Below, piece by piece: positions 26,191-35,851 of a stretch of 64,000 bases of DNA; position 1 is the stretch's first letter, and every line of letters starts with the position of its first letter. The DNA lies in the IMG/VR virus record IMGVR_UViG_3300029267_003532, positions 1 to 64,000 of that record. One strand, 5' to 3'. The notes beneath the pieces are model-generated. The model was not told the DNA's origin. It made no database searches and was given only the letters and a program-made list of their open reading frames with translations. This stretch comes from a virus. Position numbers and translations under genes: made by a program.

Positions 26191-26411
26191 TGCAGGCATT
26201 CACATTGACGATCACCATCAGCGTTGACGGCGAGACCGTTGTGGGCGAGGTCTCTGGGATCAAAGGCAAGCGTTGCTCTGACATCGCGGCACTGCTCGAC
26301 AAAGTCGGCGACGAGACCGAACATCGGCACACTGCGGACTATGACGCAGTCGAGCCGGTTCAGATCAATGCCGGCATCGGCAGCACCTTGTCCTTGGATC
26401 GTAACGGATAG
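26190..26411 (+). CDS. DUF2997-like protein
   Basis: ITISVDG..V.GEVSGIKGKRCSD...TADY. Confidence 0.8.
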   Translation: MQAFTLTITISVDGETVVGEVSGIKGKRCSDIAALLDKVGDETEHRHTADYDAVEPVQINAGIGSTLSLDRNG

Positions 26412-26465
26412 GCGGGTGAGCCGGGATATGGTAGCGTATATCCCGGCTTAGTTGGAGCACACGCA

Positions 26466-26705
26466 ATGGCTACACCTACGGTTCGAGAAATCCGAGAGAT
26501 AACCCTCACTGTCGACAAGTACACCGACGAGGTTGTCTCGCGCGCCTACGAGGTCGTTCATCACTACATGTACGACAGCTATCGTGGCTTCGACAAAGAC
26601 TATCTGACCAGCATCGTGATGCAGGTTGAAGTGGCTGCCGTCGCCCGCGCCCTGGACGAGTGGACCGAGTATCTCAAGCAGCTCCATCAAGCGAGGTTGT
26701 TCTGA
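26466..26705 (+). CDS. Hypothetical protein
   Basis: GGAG RBS. Confidence 0.6.
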   Translation: MATPTVREIREITLTVDKYTDEVVSRAYEVVHHYMYDSYRGFDKDYLTSIVMQVEVAAVARALDEWTEYLKQLHQARLF

Positions 26706-27115
26706 TGCAGACACAAACCATCGTCCTACCGCACTGGCTCACGCCAGCCTTCGCCCGCACCTGGCTCAAAACGTTGGACGCTGCCTCCCCGGGCCGGCAG
26801 CGCGACCAGATCGAACGCTACCGCGCCATCGCTCGAGGCGAGGACTGGAACGAACGCCGCGACTACCGTCTCTCCTGGCGCGAGCCCTACACCGATCACC
26901 ACCTCGCTGACCAGGTCGCCACCGCGAAACACGCTACTGGCGACGAGGAGGCCAGTACCAACTATGAGATGCGCCTCGCGTTCTGGCAGATCGCCAAGCG
27001 GACGATCGACGATGGTGTGCTGAGTCCCGAAACCATCAACGCCCTCGCCGAGCGGGGCCGGCGGAACGGGTGGGAGAGTGCGCTGCACGACCTCAACGAA
27101 GCGAGGACACAATGA
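26705..27115 (+). CDS. Hypothetical protein
   Basis: TGATG coupling; GAGG RBS. Confidence 0.6.
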   Translation: MQTQTIVLPHWLTPAFARTWLKTLDAASPGRQRDQIERYRAIARGEDWNERRDYRLSWREPYTDHHLADQVATAKHATGDEEASTNYEMRLAFWQIAKRTIDDGVLSPETINALAERGRRNGWESALHDLNEARTQ

Positions 27116-27405
27116 GTGACGTATCTGCGACCATCAATCGACCGCTGCGCGCGATCCCCATGTCCGACTTTGGCGAAGAGAAACCCGATCGCGCTGTTCA
27201 CGCCTGGCTCAAGCGGCACAGCGAGGGCCGGATCTGTCCGGTCTGCCTGGAGCCTATCAGCAATCAAGCCACAACCTGCGGACCATGCTCGCATCAATGG
27301 CGGCAAATCAAGCGCGCCCCGCACTTGCTCGCCGAGTGGATCGTCGACGTCGCGCAGCACGAGCGCGAGGGCATCGCGCACCTACACCTCTGGGAGAGAT
27401 CATGA
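27112..27405 (+). CDS. Zinc-ribbon hypothetical protein
   Basis: CPVC...CGPC; ATGA coupling. Confidence 0.6.
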   Translation: MSDVSATINRPLRAIPMSDFGEEKPDRAVHAWLKRHSEGRICPVCLEPISNQATTCGPCSHQWRQIKRAPHLLAEWIVDVAQHEREGIAHLHLWERS

Positions 27406-27776
27406 ACCCGATTCGATTGCACCTGACCGGCCAGCCGCCGCGCAAGTCCAACAGCCGGCGCATCGTTCGCACTCGCGAAGGACGTCCGCGCGTCATCAAG
27501 AGCGAAAACGCGCTGGCCTGGACAAAAGCCGCCCTGGCACAGATCCCCGCCGAGGCGCGCGCAGGCGTGGGCAGCCCCGATCAGCCGCTCGCGATCACGT
27601 TCTGGATTCGCTATGGCACACGCCGGCCCGATCTCTCGGTCGAGCTGATCCTCGACACATTACAAAAGGCCGGGGTCATTGCTGACGATCGCTATGTATT
27701 CGAGACGCACGCATTCAAAGAGATCGACGCCGAAGCCCCAGGCGTCGAAATCTTGATCGAGGAGGCAGACCTGTGA
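27402..27776 (+). CDS. rusA: RusA-family Holliday junction resolvase
   Basis: GQPPRKSNSRRI...RRPDL...ILDTLQKAGVIADDRYV...PGVEILI. Confidence 0.8.
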   Translation: MNPIRLHLTGQPPRKSNSRRIVRTREGRPRVIKSENALAWTKAALAQIPAEARAGVGSPDQPLAITFWIRYGTRRPDLSVELILDTLQKAGVIADDRYVFETHAFKEIDAEAPGVEILIEEADL

Positions 27777-27891
27777 TCGAAACTTTGGCCCGTTGGATTG
27801 ACTGGCTCTACCAGTGGCAAGAACGCCGGCGACTGCGCCGGTTTGAGCGGGATCTGGATGGGTGGATCGCGGAGATGGGGATCGAGGACTG

Positions 27892-29430
27892 ATGAGTACC
27901 TACATCACCGTAACCGATATGTTCTGCGGCGCGGGAGGCAGCTCTCAAGGCGCCTTCTCTGCCGGCGCTGAAGTCAAGATGGCCGCCAATCACTGGCAGC
28001 TTGCCATCGAGACGCACAACACAAACTACCCGACCGTCGATCATGACTGCGCCGATGTCAACCAGGTCATGCCCAGTCGCTGGCCCACCACGACAATGCT
28101 GTGGGCCTCGCCGGAATGTCCGCATCACTCCATCGCCTCTGGGCGCAAGCGAGCCAGCAAGCAGCGTTCCTTTTTCGACAAGTCGAACGATCCCGCCGCC
28201 GTGCGATCCCGTGCCACAATGTGGGATGTGCCACGATTCGCCGAATACCACGACTATCAGGCCATCATCGTCGAGAATGTCGTCGAGGTCCGCAAGTGGA
28301 GGCTCTTTGACGCCTGGCTCCATGCAATGCGCCTCCTGGACTATGACTACAAACTATGCTATTTCAACAGCCAATTCTTTGGCGTGCCGCAGAGCCGCGA
28401 CCGCTTCTACGGTGTGTTCTGGAAAACAGGCGGCAAGGCACCGGATCTCGACTATCGCCCCAAGGCCTGGTGCGCACAGTGCGAGCGTGAAGTCGAGGCC
28501 GTGCAAGCCTGGAAGAAAATCGACTATCATTGGGGCCGCTATGGTCCACGCCGGCAGTACCTTTACCGCTGTCCGATCTGCGCCGAGGTCATCCAACCGT
28601 TCTACGCCCCGGCCTTTGTTGCCATCGACTGGCAGGACCAAGGCACACGTATCGGTGATCGCAAGCGACCGCTCAAGCCACGCACGATGGAGCGGATCCA
28701 ACGAGGCATCGAGGAATACGGCCACCAGTACCTGATGATCGAGACGGCCTACACTAACTCCCAATCCCGGCGTGCGCATCCGGCCTCTGAGCCCCTGGTC
28801 ACACAAACCGCGCGTCAAACCCTCGGCGTTACGATGCCGCTTGTGACCTCAGTCAACTACTACGATGACCGGGCCAGGCCGGCCAGCGACCCGTTGCCCA
28901 CGCAGACCACTGCCGAAAAGCAAGCCATCACTATCCCGCCCTCGGCCATCGTCGTCCTGCGCCAACACACCGATCACAGGTCTCCAGCAGAGCCACTGAC
29001 TACCATCACGGCCGGCGGGAACAATCACGCCTTGCTACGCATGCCCTTCTTGGCTGTCAACTATAGCCCTGGCCACTGTCGATCGATCACCCAGGAACTG
29101 AGCTGTATCACTACTATAGATCATCACGCTCTGGTTGTCCCAGAGCCGTTCATTGTCAATTACTACGGCCGGAGTTTTACCATACCGGTAGGCCAGGCGC
29201 TGTCTACCATCCCGACCATAGCGCACCACGGCTTGGTGCAATACGAGACGCCGCGCGTGGAAGACTGCTGCTTTCGAATGCTTCGCCCGGACGAAATCGG
29301 CAGGGGCATGGCATTTGATCACGACTACATTGTTCTGGGCAACAAACGGCAGCAGGTGCGCCAATACGGTAACGCTGTCACGCCGCCGGTTGCGCAGTTT
29401 CTATTCAAGAAGGTAATGGAGGTCCTGTAG
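27892..29430 (+). CDS. DNA (cytosine-5) methyltransferase
   Basis: DMFCGAGG, SPEC, IVENV, PQSRDR, QYGNAVTP. Confidence 0.92.
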   Translation: MSTYITVTDMFCGAGGSSQGAFSAGAEVKMAANHWQLAIETHNTNYPTVDHDCADVNQVMPSRWPTTTMLWASPECPHHSIASGRKRASKQRSFFDKSNDPAAVRSRATMWDVPRFAEYHDYQAIIVENVVEVRKWRLFDAWLHAMRLLDYDYKLCYFNSQFFGVPQSRDRFYGVFWKTGGKAPDLDYRPKAWCAQCEREVEAVQAWKKIDYHWGRYGPRRQYLYRCPICAEVIQPFYAPAFVAIDWQDQGTRIGDRKRPLKPRTMERIQRGIEEYGHQYLMIETAYTNSQSRRAHPASEPLVTQTARQTLGVTMPLVTSVNYYDDRARPASDPLPTQTTAEKQAITIPPSAIVVLRQHTDHRSPAEPLTTITAGGNNHALLRMPFLAVNYSPGHCRSITQELSCITTIDHHALVVPEPFIVNYYGRSFTIPVGQALSTIPTIAHHGLVQYETPRVEDCCFRMLRPDEIGRGMAFDHDYIVLGNKRQQVRQYGNAVTPPVAQFLFKKVMEVL

Positions 29431-29467
29431 GGGCTCCTATAATGTGGATACGCGGAAAAGGTAAACT

Positions 29468-29932
29468 GTGGACGAACAGATTGGAATCGATATGAGAGAG
29501 GCCCTGGCCGCCTATGCCCACGAAGCGTGGTCCAAGTGGATGAAGCACATTTTCCTGAAAGGCTACACGGTCTATGGAGGGGCACACGCTATCCCGGCAC
29601 AACTCAAGAGCCGATGGTGGAGACAGTCCAGAACGCCCTATCAGGATTTGCCAGAAGAGGAAAAAGAGAGCGATCGAAAAGAAGCCGATACGATATTGGC
29701 AATCATTCGCACGGCGCGAATCATCAAGCCGGGTTGGTCGTTACCCCAGCGCAAGTGCTCGGATTGCGGAGCCGAGATGATTGCGGTTGCGGCTATCGTT
29801 GATGAGGGCATCGGGCTTTGGTTTGAATGCCCTGAGTGCCTAAACGACGGAGAATCGATCGACGAGTGGCCGTTTATCATCGATGTGGTTTCGCTGGATG
29901 AATTAGAACGCGCTGGCTTTGAGCGCCGCTAA
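29468..29932 (+). CDS. RyR-like domain plus zinc ribbon hypothetical protein
   Basis: HEAWSKW...PYQDLPEEEKESDR; CSDC...CPEC. Confidence 0.6.
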   Translation: MDEQIGIDMREALAAYAHEAWSKWMKHIFLKGYTVYGGAHAIPAQLKSRWWRQSRTPYQDLPEEEKESDRKEADTILAIIRTARIIKPGWSLPQRKCSDCGAEMIAVAAIVDEGIGLWFECPECLNDGESIDEWPFIIDVVSLDELERAGFERR

Positions 29933-29958
29933 GAAAGATACTCAGAAGGGAGATTGAA

Positions 29959-30153
29959 ATGTATGTGTTTAAGCGCTACTTTGACGAAGATGACACGCAT
30001 ATGATCAGCGGGACCCAGGCGCAGGCTGAATTGGCACACTACTATGAGGATGTCGATGCCATAAGGGACGAACTGATGGACGGCGGAACCGTACGCACGC
30101 CGTATGCGCTGTACTCTGAATCTGAAGCTGAATTGCTCGATTCCGATAAGTAG
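29959..30153 (+). CDS. Small acidic hypothetical protein
   Basis: GGGAG RBS. Confidence 0.55.
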   Translation: MYVFKRYFDEDDTHMISGTQAQAELAHYYEDVDAIRDELMDGGTVRTPYALYSESEAELLDSDK

Positions 30154-30188
30154 AATACTCGGCGCTGCTGAGCATTCGGGAGGATACT

Positions 30189-30536
30189 ATGGCTACAAAA
30201 TGGCTGTGCAACACGTGTGGAGAGGTCACGTCTCATGGTGGAGCGTGTCCGGTCTGTGCATCGACTGATGTTGAGCCGCTCGACTCTGAGCGAGATGTTG
30301 TGCTCCGTCGCAAGCGCGATCTTGATGCAGGGCTATATCGCAAATATATCGTCTTTGATACGGACACAGAGGTCGAAACAGACGGCTTTTGCTTTGTGCT
30401 CAAGCCGGAGACAGATTCGGCCGCGTGGGATGCGTTGCAGGCATACGCGCTGTCGACCACGAATCCCCAGTTGGGTGCTGATCTGATGCGTTGGTTGAAT
30501 CAGAATCTTCGTTCGGTTGAAGTGATCGAATTTTAG
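30189..30536 (+). CDS. Zinc-ribbon hypothetical protein
   Basis: CNTC...CPVC; GLYRKY...FVLKPETD. Confidence 0.6.
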   Translation: MATKWLCNTCGEVTSHGGACPVCASTDVEPLDSERDVVLRRKRDLDAGLYRKYIVFDTDTEVETDGFCFVLKPETDSAAWDALQAYALSTTNPQLGADLMRWLNQNLRSVEVIEF

Positions 30537-30546
30537 GGAGGACAGT

Positions 30547-30930
30547 ATGCCAGCGTTGAGTTTCAAGGCGCAGTTTGCGCCGTTGGTCGAGAGTGGACAG
30601 AAAAGGCAGACGATCCGGGCCTGGCGCAAGAGGCCGATCAAGGTTGGCCAGCGGCTGTATTTGTATGCGGGTATGAGGACGAAAGCCTGCAGGAAGCTCG
30701 GCGAGAGCGAGTGCACAGAAGCGATCCCGATTGAGATTCAAGGGTATAGCTGGGATGCTCGGCTCGGTCAGGTTGTGCTGTGGCACGAGTTTCTGCTTTG
30801 GCAGTATGAGGTGAGACAGATTGCCGTAGCGGATGGGTTCGAGACGGTTGAGGAGTTTTTCAAGTTTTTCTCACCGGATGGAGAGAAGTTTGAAGGCCAG
30901 CTCATCAAGTGGGGAGATCCGATAAGTTGA
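30547..30930 (+). CDS. ASCH/PUA-domain protein
   Basis: LSFKAQFAPLVESGQKRQTIR...AVADGF. Confidence 0.8.
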   Translation: MPALSFKAQFAPLVESGQKRQTIRAWRKRPIKVGQRLYLYAGMRTKACRKLGESECTEAIPIEIQGYSWDARLGQVVLWHEFLLWQYEVRQIAVADGFETVEEFFKFFSPDGEKFEGQLIKWGDPIS

Positions 30931-30955
30931 CTACTCGGAATACGGAAAGAGACCG

Positions 30956-31387
30956 ATGACTGAGCATCCAGAAAACGTACTTTCAATCCCACCTACATCA
31001 GACGGCTTTTACTTTTGCTTATGGGAAGCCATCCGCGTTGACATGGGCGTTGTCTATGAAGACGCGGTAGGGCTCGGAAAGGTTACAGAGCGGTACCGCT
31101 TGGCACGTGCAGGCCGGCAGCCCTGTCCACTGGCCGAGACCTGCAAGACCCGCGCGCGCCATCTCGCACGCATCTCCAATCGCCAAACATCCACAATCTG
31201 GGCAACATTGACCAAGTCGGAACGCAAGCGACTCTCCAATAAAACCCAGGATCTTGTATTCGAGGCCGAGTCTCGTATCGGCGCATACATCCTAGGCCCG
31301 ATGATCAAAACCTGGTTGGAGCAAAACACGGGCACCTTGCTGGGGGTCCGAATACGTCATTTGTTGGACAGCCACACGGTACACTAA
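30956..31387 (+). CDS. Hypothetical protein
   Basis: ORF within the operon. Confidence 0.5.
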   Translation: MTEHPENVLSIPPTSDGFYFCLWEAIRVDMGVVYEDAVGLGKVTERYRLARAGRQPCPLAETCKTRARHLARISNRQTSTIWATLTKSERKRLSNKTQDLVFEAESRIGAYILGPMIKTWLEQNTGTLLGVRIRHLLDSHTVH

Positions 31388-31402
31388 TCTGGGAGAACGC
31401 CA

Positions 31403-31777
31403 ATGCCCTGGTGGAACGACACACAAACCTACTATCAATGGCCGGCGCTGCACTTCCCGATCCACACGCGCCAAATGGAAATCGAGTACCTTGCGATCAA
31501 GTGCGCCGGTTGCGGCAAACCCATCCGCTACCTGCACGGCCAAGGCACAGAGCATTCACAATGCACAACCGTGCGCTGCGCCGGCCTCTGTCCGTCCTGC
31601 AAACTGATCACCTACGCCCAATTTCGTGTGTACGCAGACCACATTCTCTGGGAAAGCAGCCGTGGCTGGCGCTGGCTTGCAATGCGAAAAGAACCACCGG
31701 TCCGGGCATGGTGGGCGCTAGGGCTGCTAATACTGGCCCTGCTGCTAGGAATGCTGTGCACCCGCCTGGGTGTCTAG
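31403..31777 (+). CDS. Zinc-finger protein with C-terminal TM helix
   Basis: CAGC...CPSC; hydrophobic C-terminus. Confidence 0.55.
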   Translation: MPWWNDTQTYYQWPALHFPIHTRQMEIEYLAIKCAGCGKPIRYLHGQGTEHSQCTTVRCAGLCPSCKLITYAQFRVYADHILWESSRGWRWLAMRKEPPVRAWWALGLLILALLLGMLCTRLGV

Positions 31778-31802
31778 CTACACATAATCAACGGAGGATT
31801 GT

Positions 31803-32087
31803 ATGTCCGAGTACCTGGAGACCCACCCAGACGTACCCGTCTGGCCGGTCGTCATTCGTGACGGCAAAGTCTACGTCAACACCGATGGCCTACTGCGTCA
31901 CATGGTAGACCTGGACAAAGCCACACCGCAAACGTGGCAGCGCATCTACACGATCTCTATCGCGCCACGCGCCGTGCACCTGATGACCGCGCGCCTCAAA
32001 AGCGGCGACTCGATGCAGATACGCCGAGAAATGTACAAACTGATCGACCGTGCTGCTCAAACAGAATATCATCCAGAGACAGAGTAG
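31803..32087 (+). CDS. Hypothetical protein
   Basis: GGAGG RBS. Confidence 0.55.
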   Translation: MSEYLETHPDVPVWPVVIRDGKVYVNTDGLLRHMVDLDKATPQTWQRIYTISIAPRAVHLMTARLKSGDSMQIRREMYKLIDRAAQTEYHPETE

Positions 32088-32226
32088 GGGAGTACACTAC
32101 GACACACAAGCCCGCTCTTTATATCTCTATGTCTTATAAGCGACCTTATGCGACATAGACAAAATGCTCCCAAACTGGGACCGGTGACTACTCCCCTGCC
32201 CCAAAATCACACAAACAGGTAGGCCA

Positions 32227-33684
32227 ATGAACCCGTTCTGGCAAACCGACAACATCACACTCTACTGCGGCCACGTCCTCGACGTCCTCCAGGCCCTGCA
32301 GGCAGAATCTGTACACAGCATCATAACCAGTCCGCCGTACTGGGCATTGCGTGACTATGCGCTGCCGCCTGTGGAATGGACTGCCGTTTCCTACGTACCC
32401 ATCGTCGGCCTGCCTGAAATTAACGTACCGGCTTGGCGCGGCTCCTTCGGCCTCGAACCCATACCCGAAATGTTCATCGGTCACCTGGTCCTCATCTGGC
32501 GTGAGCTGCACCGCGTCCTGCGCGCTGACGGCACCTGCTGGCTCAACCTGGGAGACACCTACTCCCAAGACACAAAGTGGGGCGGCAAATCCAGCCACAA
32601 GAACGCCCACTCGTGCGCCGGCGGTTATGCGACCGCGCGAAACCTACGAACGCAAACCAGACTCAAATCAAAAAACCTCTGTGCCATCCCCTGGCGCGTC
32701 GCCCTGGCGCTCCAGGCAGACGGCTGGTATCTCCGCAGCGCCCCGCCGTGGATCAAACCCAACTGCCAGCCAGAGAGCGTCACCGACCGCGCCACCACCG
32801 CGCACGAATACTGGTTCCAGTTCTCCAAATCCAAGCGTTACTACTGGGACCCCACCGCCGTGCGCGTCCAATCCGGCAATGGCTGGCATGGCGGGACATT
32901 CACAAACGAGCGCAAGCAGCAAACCCAGCCCGGCCTCGGCCACGGTCCCCGTAACGAGCGCCCAGGCCGCAATCGTCGCACCTCCGATACCTGGAATGAA
33001 AGTCTCGATGCCCGGATCGCCGACTACCGCGCCTACCTTGCGCACCTCGAACACATTCGCGACCATGGCGGCCTGCTCCTCGACGAGGTCGGCGATCCCC
33101 TGGGGTTGATGTTTTCCACGCGTGGCTACAAAGGCACCCACTTTGCCACATTCAACGGCGCACTGATCGAGCCAATGATCAAGGCCAGTACTTCGGGCCG
33201 TGGCTGCTGCCCCCAATGCGGCGCGCCCTGGGAGAGGGTAACAGACCGCGAGTTTATCCCGCAGCCTGACGTCAGTGTCGCAAAGGGCATAAAAGGCAAC
33301 AGTTCGCAAAAACCAATGGATCAATCCAGCAATTGGGACGGCTTTCCTCGAGGCACGGTGGCAATCACCACCATCGGCTTCCGCCCTACCTGCGCCTGCT
33401 ACGACCACCTCTACCGTGCTCTACCCCAGGCCCACTCCCCGCGCAAGCGTCACCAGCGCCAAATCTCTGGCAACTGGTGGAAGCGCGCTCGTCGCCACCC
33501 TGGACTGAGCGACTGGCCCGTTGAACCCTGCATCGTCCTCGATCCCTTTGCTGGCGCGGGTACAACCGGACTAGAATGCATCCGCCTTGGTCGGCGTGTC
33601 GTCCTGATCGACCTCAGCGAGGAATATTGCCGTGATCACATTGTACCCCGCCTTTCCGCCCCCATTCAGCCCATCCTCTTCTAA
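32227..33684 (+). CDS. DNA methyltransferase (beta class, SPPY; probably N4-cytosine)
   Basis: ITSPPYW, WLNLGD, HFATF, LDPFAGAGTT. Confidence 0.9.
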   Translation: MNPFWQTDNITLYCGHVLDVLQALQAESVHSIITSPPYWALRDYALPPVEWTAVSYVPIVGLPEINVPAWRGSFGLEPIPEMFIGHLVLIWRELHRVLRADGTCWLNLGDTYSQDTKWGGKSSHKNAHSCAGGYATARNLRTQTRLKSKNLCAIPWRVALALQADGWYLRSAPPWIKPNCQPESVTDRATTAHEYWFQFSKSKRYYWDPTAVRVQSGNGWHGGTFTNERKQQTQPGLGHGPRNERPGRNRRTSDTWNESLDARIADYRAYLAHLEHIRDHGGLLLDEVGDPLGLMFSTRGYKGTHFATFNGALIEPMIKASTSGRGCCPQCGAPWERVTDREFIPQPDVSVAKGIKGNSSQKPMDQSSNWDGFPRGTVAITTIGFRPTCACYDHLYRALPQAHSPRKRHQRQISGNWWKRARRHPGLSDWPVEPCIVLDPFAGAGTTGLECIRLGRRVVLIDLSEEYCRDHIVPRLSAPIQPILF

Positions 33685-33687
33685 CAC

Positions 33688-33736
33688 AAAAACGCCCCTT
33701 CATTGCCATTAGGATCATAATCACAATGGAGGGGCG
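33688..33736 (-). terminator. Terminator between the convergent early and late operons
   Basis: CGCCCCTTCATTG/CAATGGAGGGGCG stem with an A5 tract on the plus strand (U tract for the late transcript). Confidence 0.7.
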
Positions 33737-33759
33737 CACCATGTATCACGCAACACGCA

Positions 33760-35514
33760 TCAGTACCTGTGTCGCCAGAATACCTGGCGGATCAACCACC
33801 GCAGCCACGCCGGTACCTCGTCCCACGGCGGTAGCATGTCAAACGGCCAGTCATCCACGATCTCTAGCTGCGTCTCAGACGCATAGCTAGTGGCACTCGC
33901 CACCGGAAAAAACGAGATACCCTGTATCTCTACGGCGAACGGCGCATCGACCACCTGCTGGCCGTTCAGCAGCACGGTGACCGTATGGTCGCCGCTGGGT
34001 ACTGGTGTCGGGGTCGGTGTAGGCGAGGGCGTATCCTCGATCACCTCCAGATCAGCCTCGCCAAAGAACACATCATTCCAGCCCACCGCCCATTCCCAGG
34101 TCGTGCGCGTAAAGATCGTTACCTGGTTGGCCAGTGCAACCGCCTCGACCTCGATCAATGTCCACTCGTCATACACCCGATCCATCACCTCTGACCAGAC
34201 GACGCTCGCCGAGGTGAGATCCGTCCCACCGAACGGATCGATTCCGATCCACGTCCGCCCGTTCCCTTTGCGATCTGGGTTATCTTTGGTACCACTGCCC
34301 ATCTTGACCTGAAACCATACTCGCAGCCGCTGCCCCGGCTGAGCCTCGGCCACCTGGTAAATCCCGCCTTCCCAGGTCGTGAACACATGAAAGACTTTTT
34401 GGCACTGTCCGTGCCCTGACAGCGCGTGTTCCACATTCGACGTGAACTCTGGCCGCGTTTCTTCCTTGTTCCACCATGGTACCCAAGGCCGGATCACCTT
34501 TAGCGCACTGATCCCATCCACCTCACGCACCGCGCCTGTAAACGTACCATCAAAACCGGTCACGTTATCCTCCTCTGGCCTGGCCTCGGGCCGCTCGTAT
34601 CCCTCTGCCAGCGCCACCTTAAAATCGGCCACCACGCCGGCCTTGTCCAGCCAATGCCACGTGTCACAATGCGCCGATCGAAACAACGCCAAGCACCAGA
34701 TCGTCTGGCGCTCTGGGTCAGCGTTCCACTCGTCGATCTCCCGATAAGCTGCCTGTACCCAGCCGCTGTTCACGTCCGCCCATTCGACGTCCGGATCTGT
34801 CTCGGTGATATAGACCGGTACATCCTGTAGATGATCGGGAATCGCGTGCATAAAGTCCTGGTAGGCGCGAAAGTGGAATCTGCGGTCCGTGTACGGTGCA
34901 TCCATCGTCGCCTCGGACGTGACCAGCGCGGGGTCTGTGCCGTGCGTATAGGTGTGGAGAGTGATACCATCCACAGTACCACCTCGTTCCTCAATGAGCC
35001 TCAGCACATCCTGGAAATAGACCAGCCAGTCACCGGACTCATTTCCCGGATAGCCCGTGTCGACATTCCACGGCGCAACCGCGCCGACAATCACCTGATG
35101 CTCTGCGCCAGCCCGCGCCTTGATCTCGCGTTGGCACGCCACAAAGCATGCCGCGTAATCTGCCGGCGTGATAGGTTGCCCGTGAGGCCACTCCTGCTGG
35201 TGATTGGTCTCGTTAGCGATGATCCAATGAGAACAGCCCACACTCGCGGCCGCAAATCGGCCAGCTTTGACCGAGAATGCCGGCACGTACTCGTGCTCGG
35301 GGATTGTGCCGTCCGGGTTCCAGCCGTTGTTCAGCCGTACCATAGCCACCAGACCCTGCTCTGCCAAGTGCAGGTACTGCCCTCCGGTCACGATGTCTGG
35401 GTCATTGTGGCCGATAGCTTCTGCAATCACAACCCAGCCTTCACGCCCAGCCTCGACGATCAGGTAGGCGCCGTCTCTGTCATGGACGCCATAGATAGAA
35501 TCTGTAGGAAACAT
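33760..35514 (-). CDS. Clan GH-A-like glycoside hydrolase with CBM-like domain (possible lysin or envelope hydrolase)
   Basis: WIIANETN acid/base and VYITET nucleophile motifs; beta-sandwich second domain; PTPTPT linker. Confidence 0.65.
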   Translation of the reverse strand: MFPTDSIYGVHDRDGAYLIVEAGREGWVVIAEAIGHNDPDIVTGGQYLHLAEQGLVAMVRLNNGWNPDGTIPEHEYVPAFSVKAGRFAAASVGCSHWIIANETNHQQEWPHGQPITPADYAACFVACQREIKARAGAEHQVIVGAVAPWNVDTGYPGNESGDWLVYFQDVLRLIEERGGTVDGITLHTYTHGTDPALVTSEATMDAPYTDRRFHFRAYQDFMHAIPDHLQDVPVYITETDPDVEWADVNSGWVQAAYREIDEWNADPERQTIWCLALFRSAHCDTWHWLDKAGVVADFKVALAEGYERPEARPEEDNVTGFDGTFTGAVREVDGISALKVIRPWVPWWNKEETRPEFTSNVEHALSGHGQCQKVFHVFTTWEGGIYQVAEAQPGQRLRVWFQVKMGSGTKDNPDRKGNGRTWIGIDPFGGTDLTSASVVWSEVMDRVYDEWTLIEVEAVALANQVTIFTRTTWEWAVGWNDVFFGEADLEVIEDTPSPTPTPTPVPSGDHTVTVLLNGQQVVDAPFAVEIQGISFFPVASATSYASETQLEIVDDWPFDMLPPWDEVPAWLRWLIRQVFWRHRY

Positions 35515-35527
35515 TCAGCCAGCCTTT

Positions 35528-35851
35528 CTACGTCTCGGCTATGATAATGAAATAGTCCTCAAACGTGTTCCCTCCAACCGTGTATTGAATCTCAACTCGA
35601 TATCGATGACTGGCGGTCAACGATCCAATACGCGGCAGCGTGATCACATCGCCAACAACCGATGCAGCACCATCCTCTAGGACTTCATCCGTAACATCCA
35701 CCCAATCATCCACAGATGTTTTAAGCATGTCGTACACGACAACGGTTATATTCGTCGGAGATGACCCGTTTGCTGTTGTTGTGTCAGAGTATGCGAGTGA
35801 TTCATCTATGCCCTGACGAACCTTGTCTAAAAGTCGAATTCCACCACTCAT
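35528..35851 (-). CDS. Small Ig-like virion/tail adaptor protein
   Basis: Beta-rich, YRVEIQYT; located at the end of the tail module. Confidence 0.5.
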   Translation of the reverse strand: MSGGIRLLDKVRQGIDESLAYSDTTTANGSSPTNITVVVYDMLKTSVDDWVDVTDEVLEDGAASVVGDVITLPRIGSLTASHRYRVEIQYTVGGNTFEDYFIIIAET

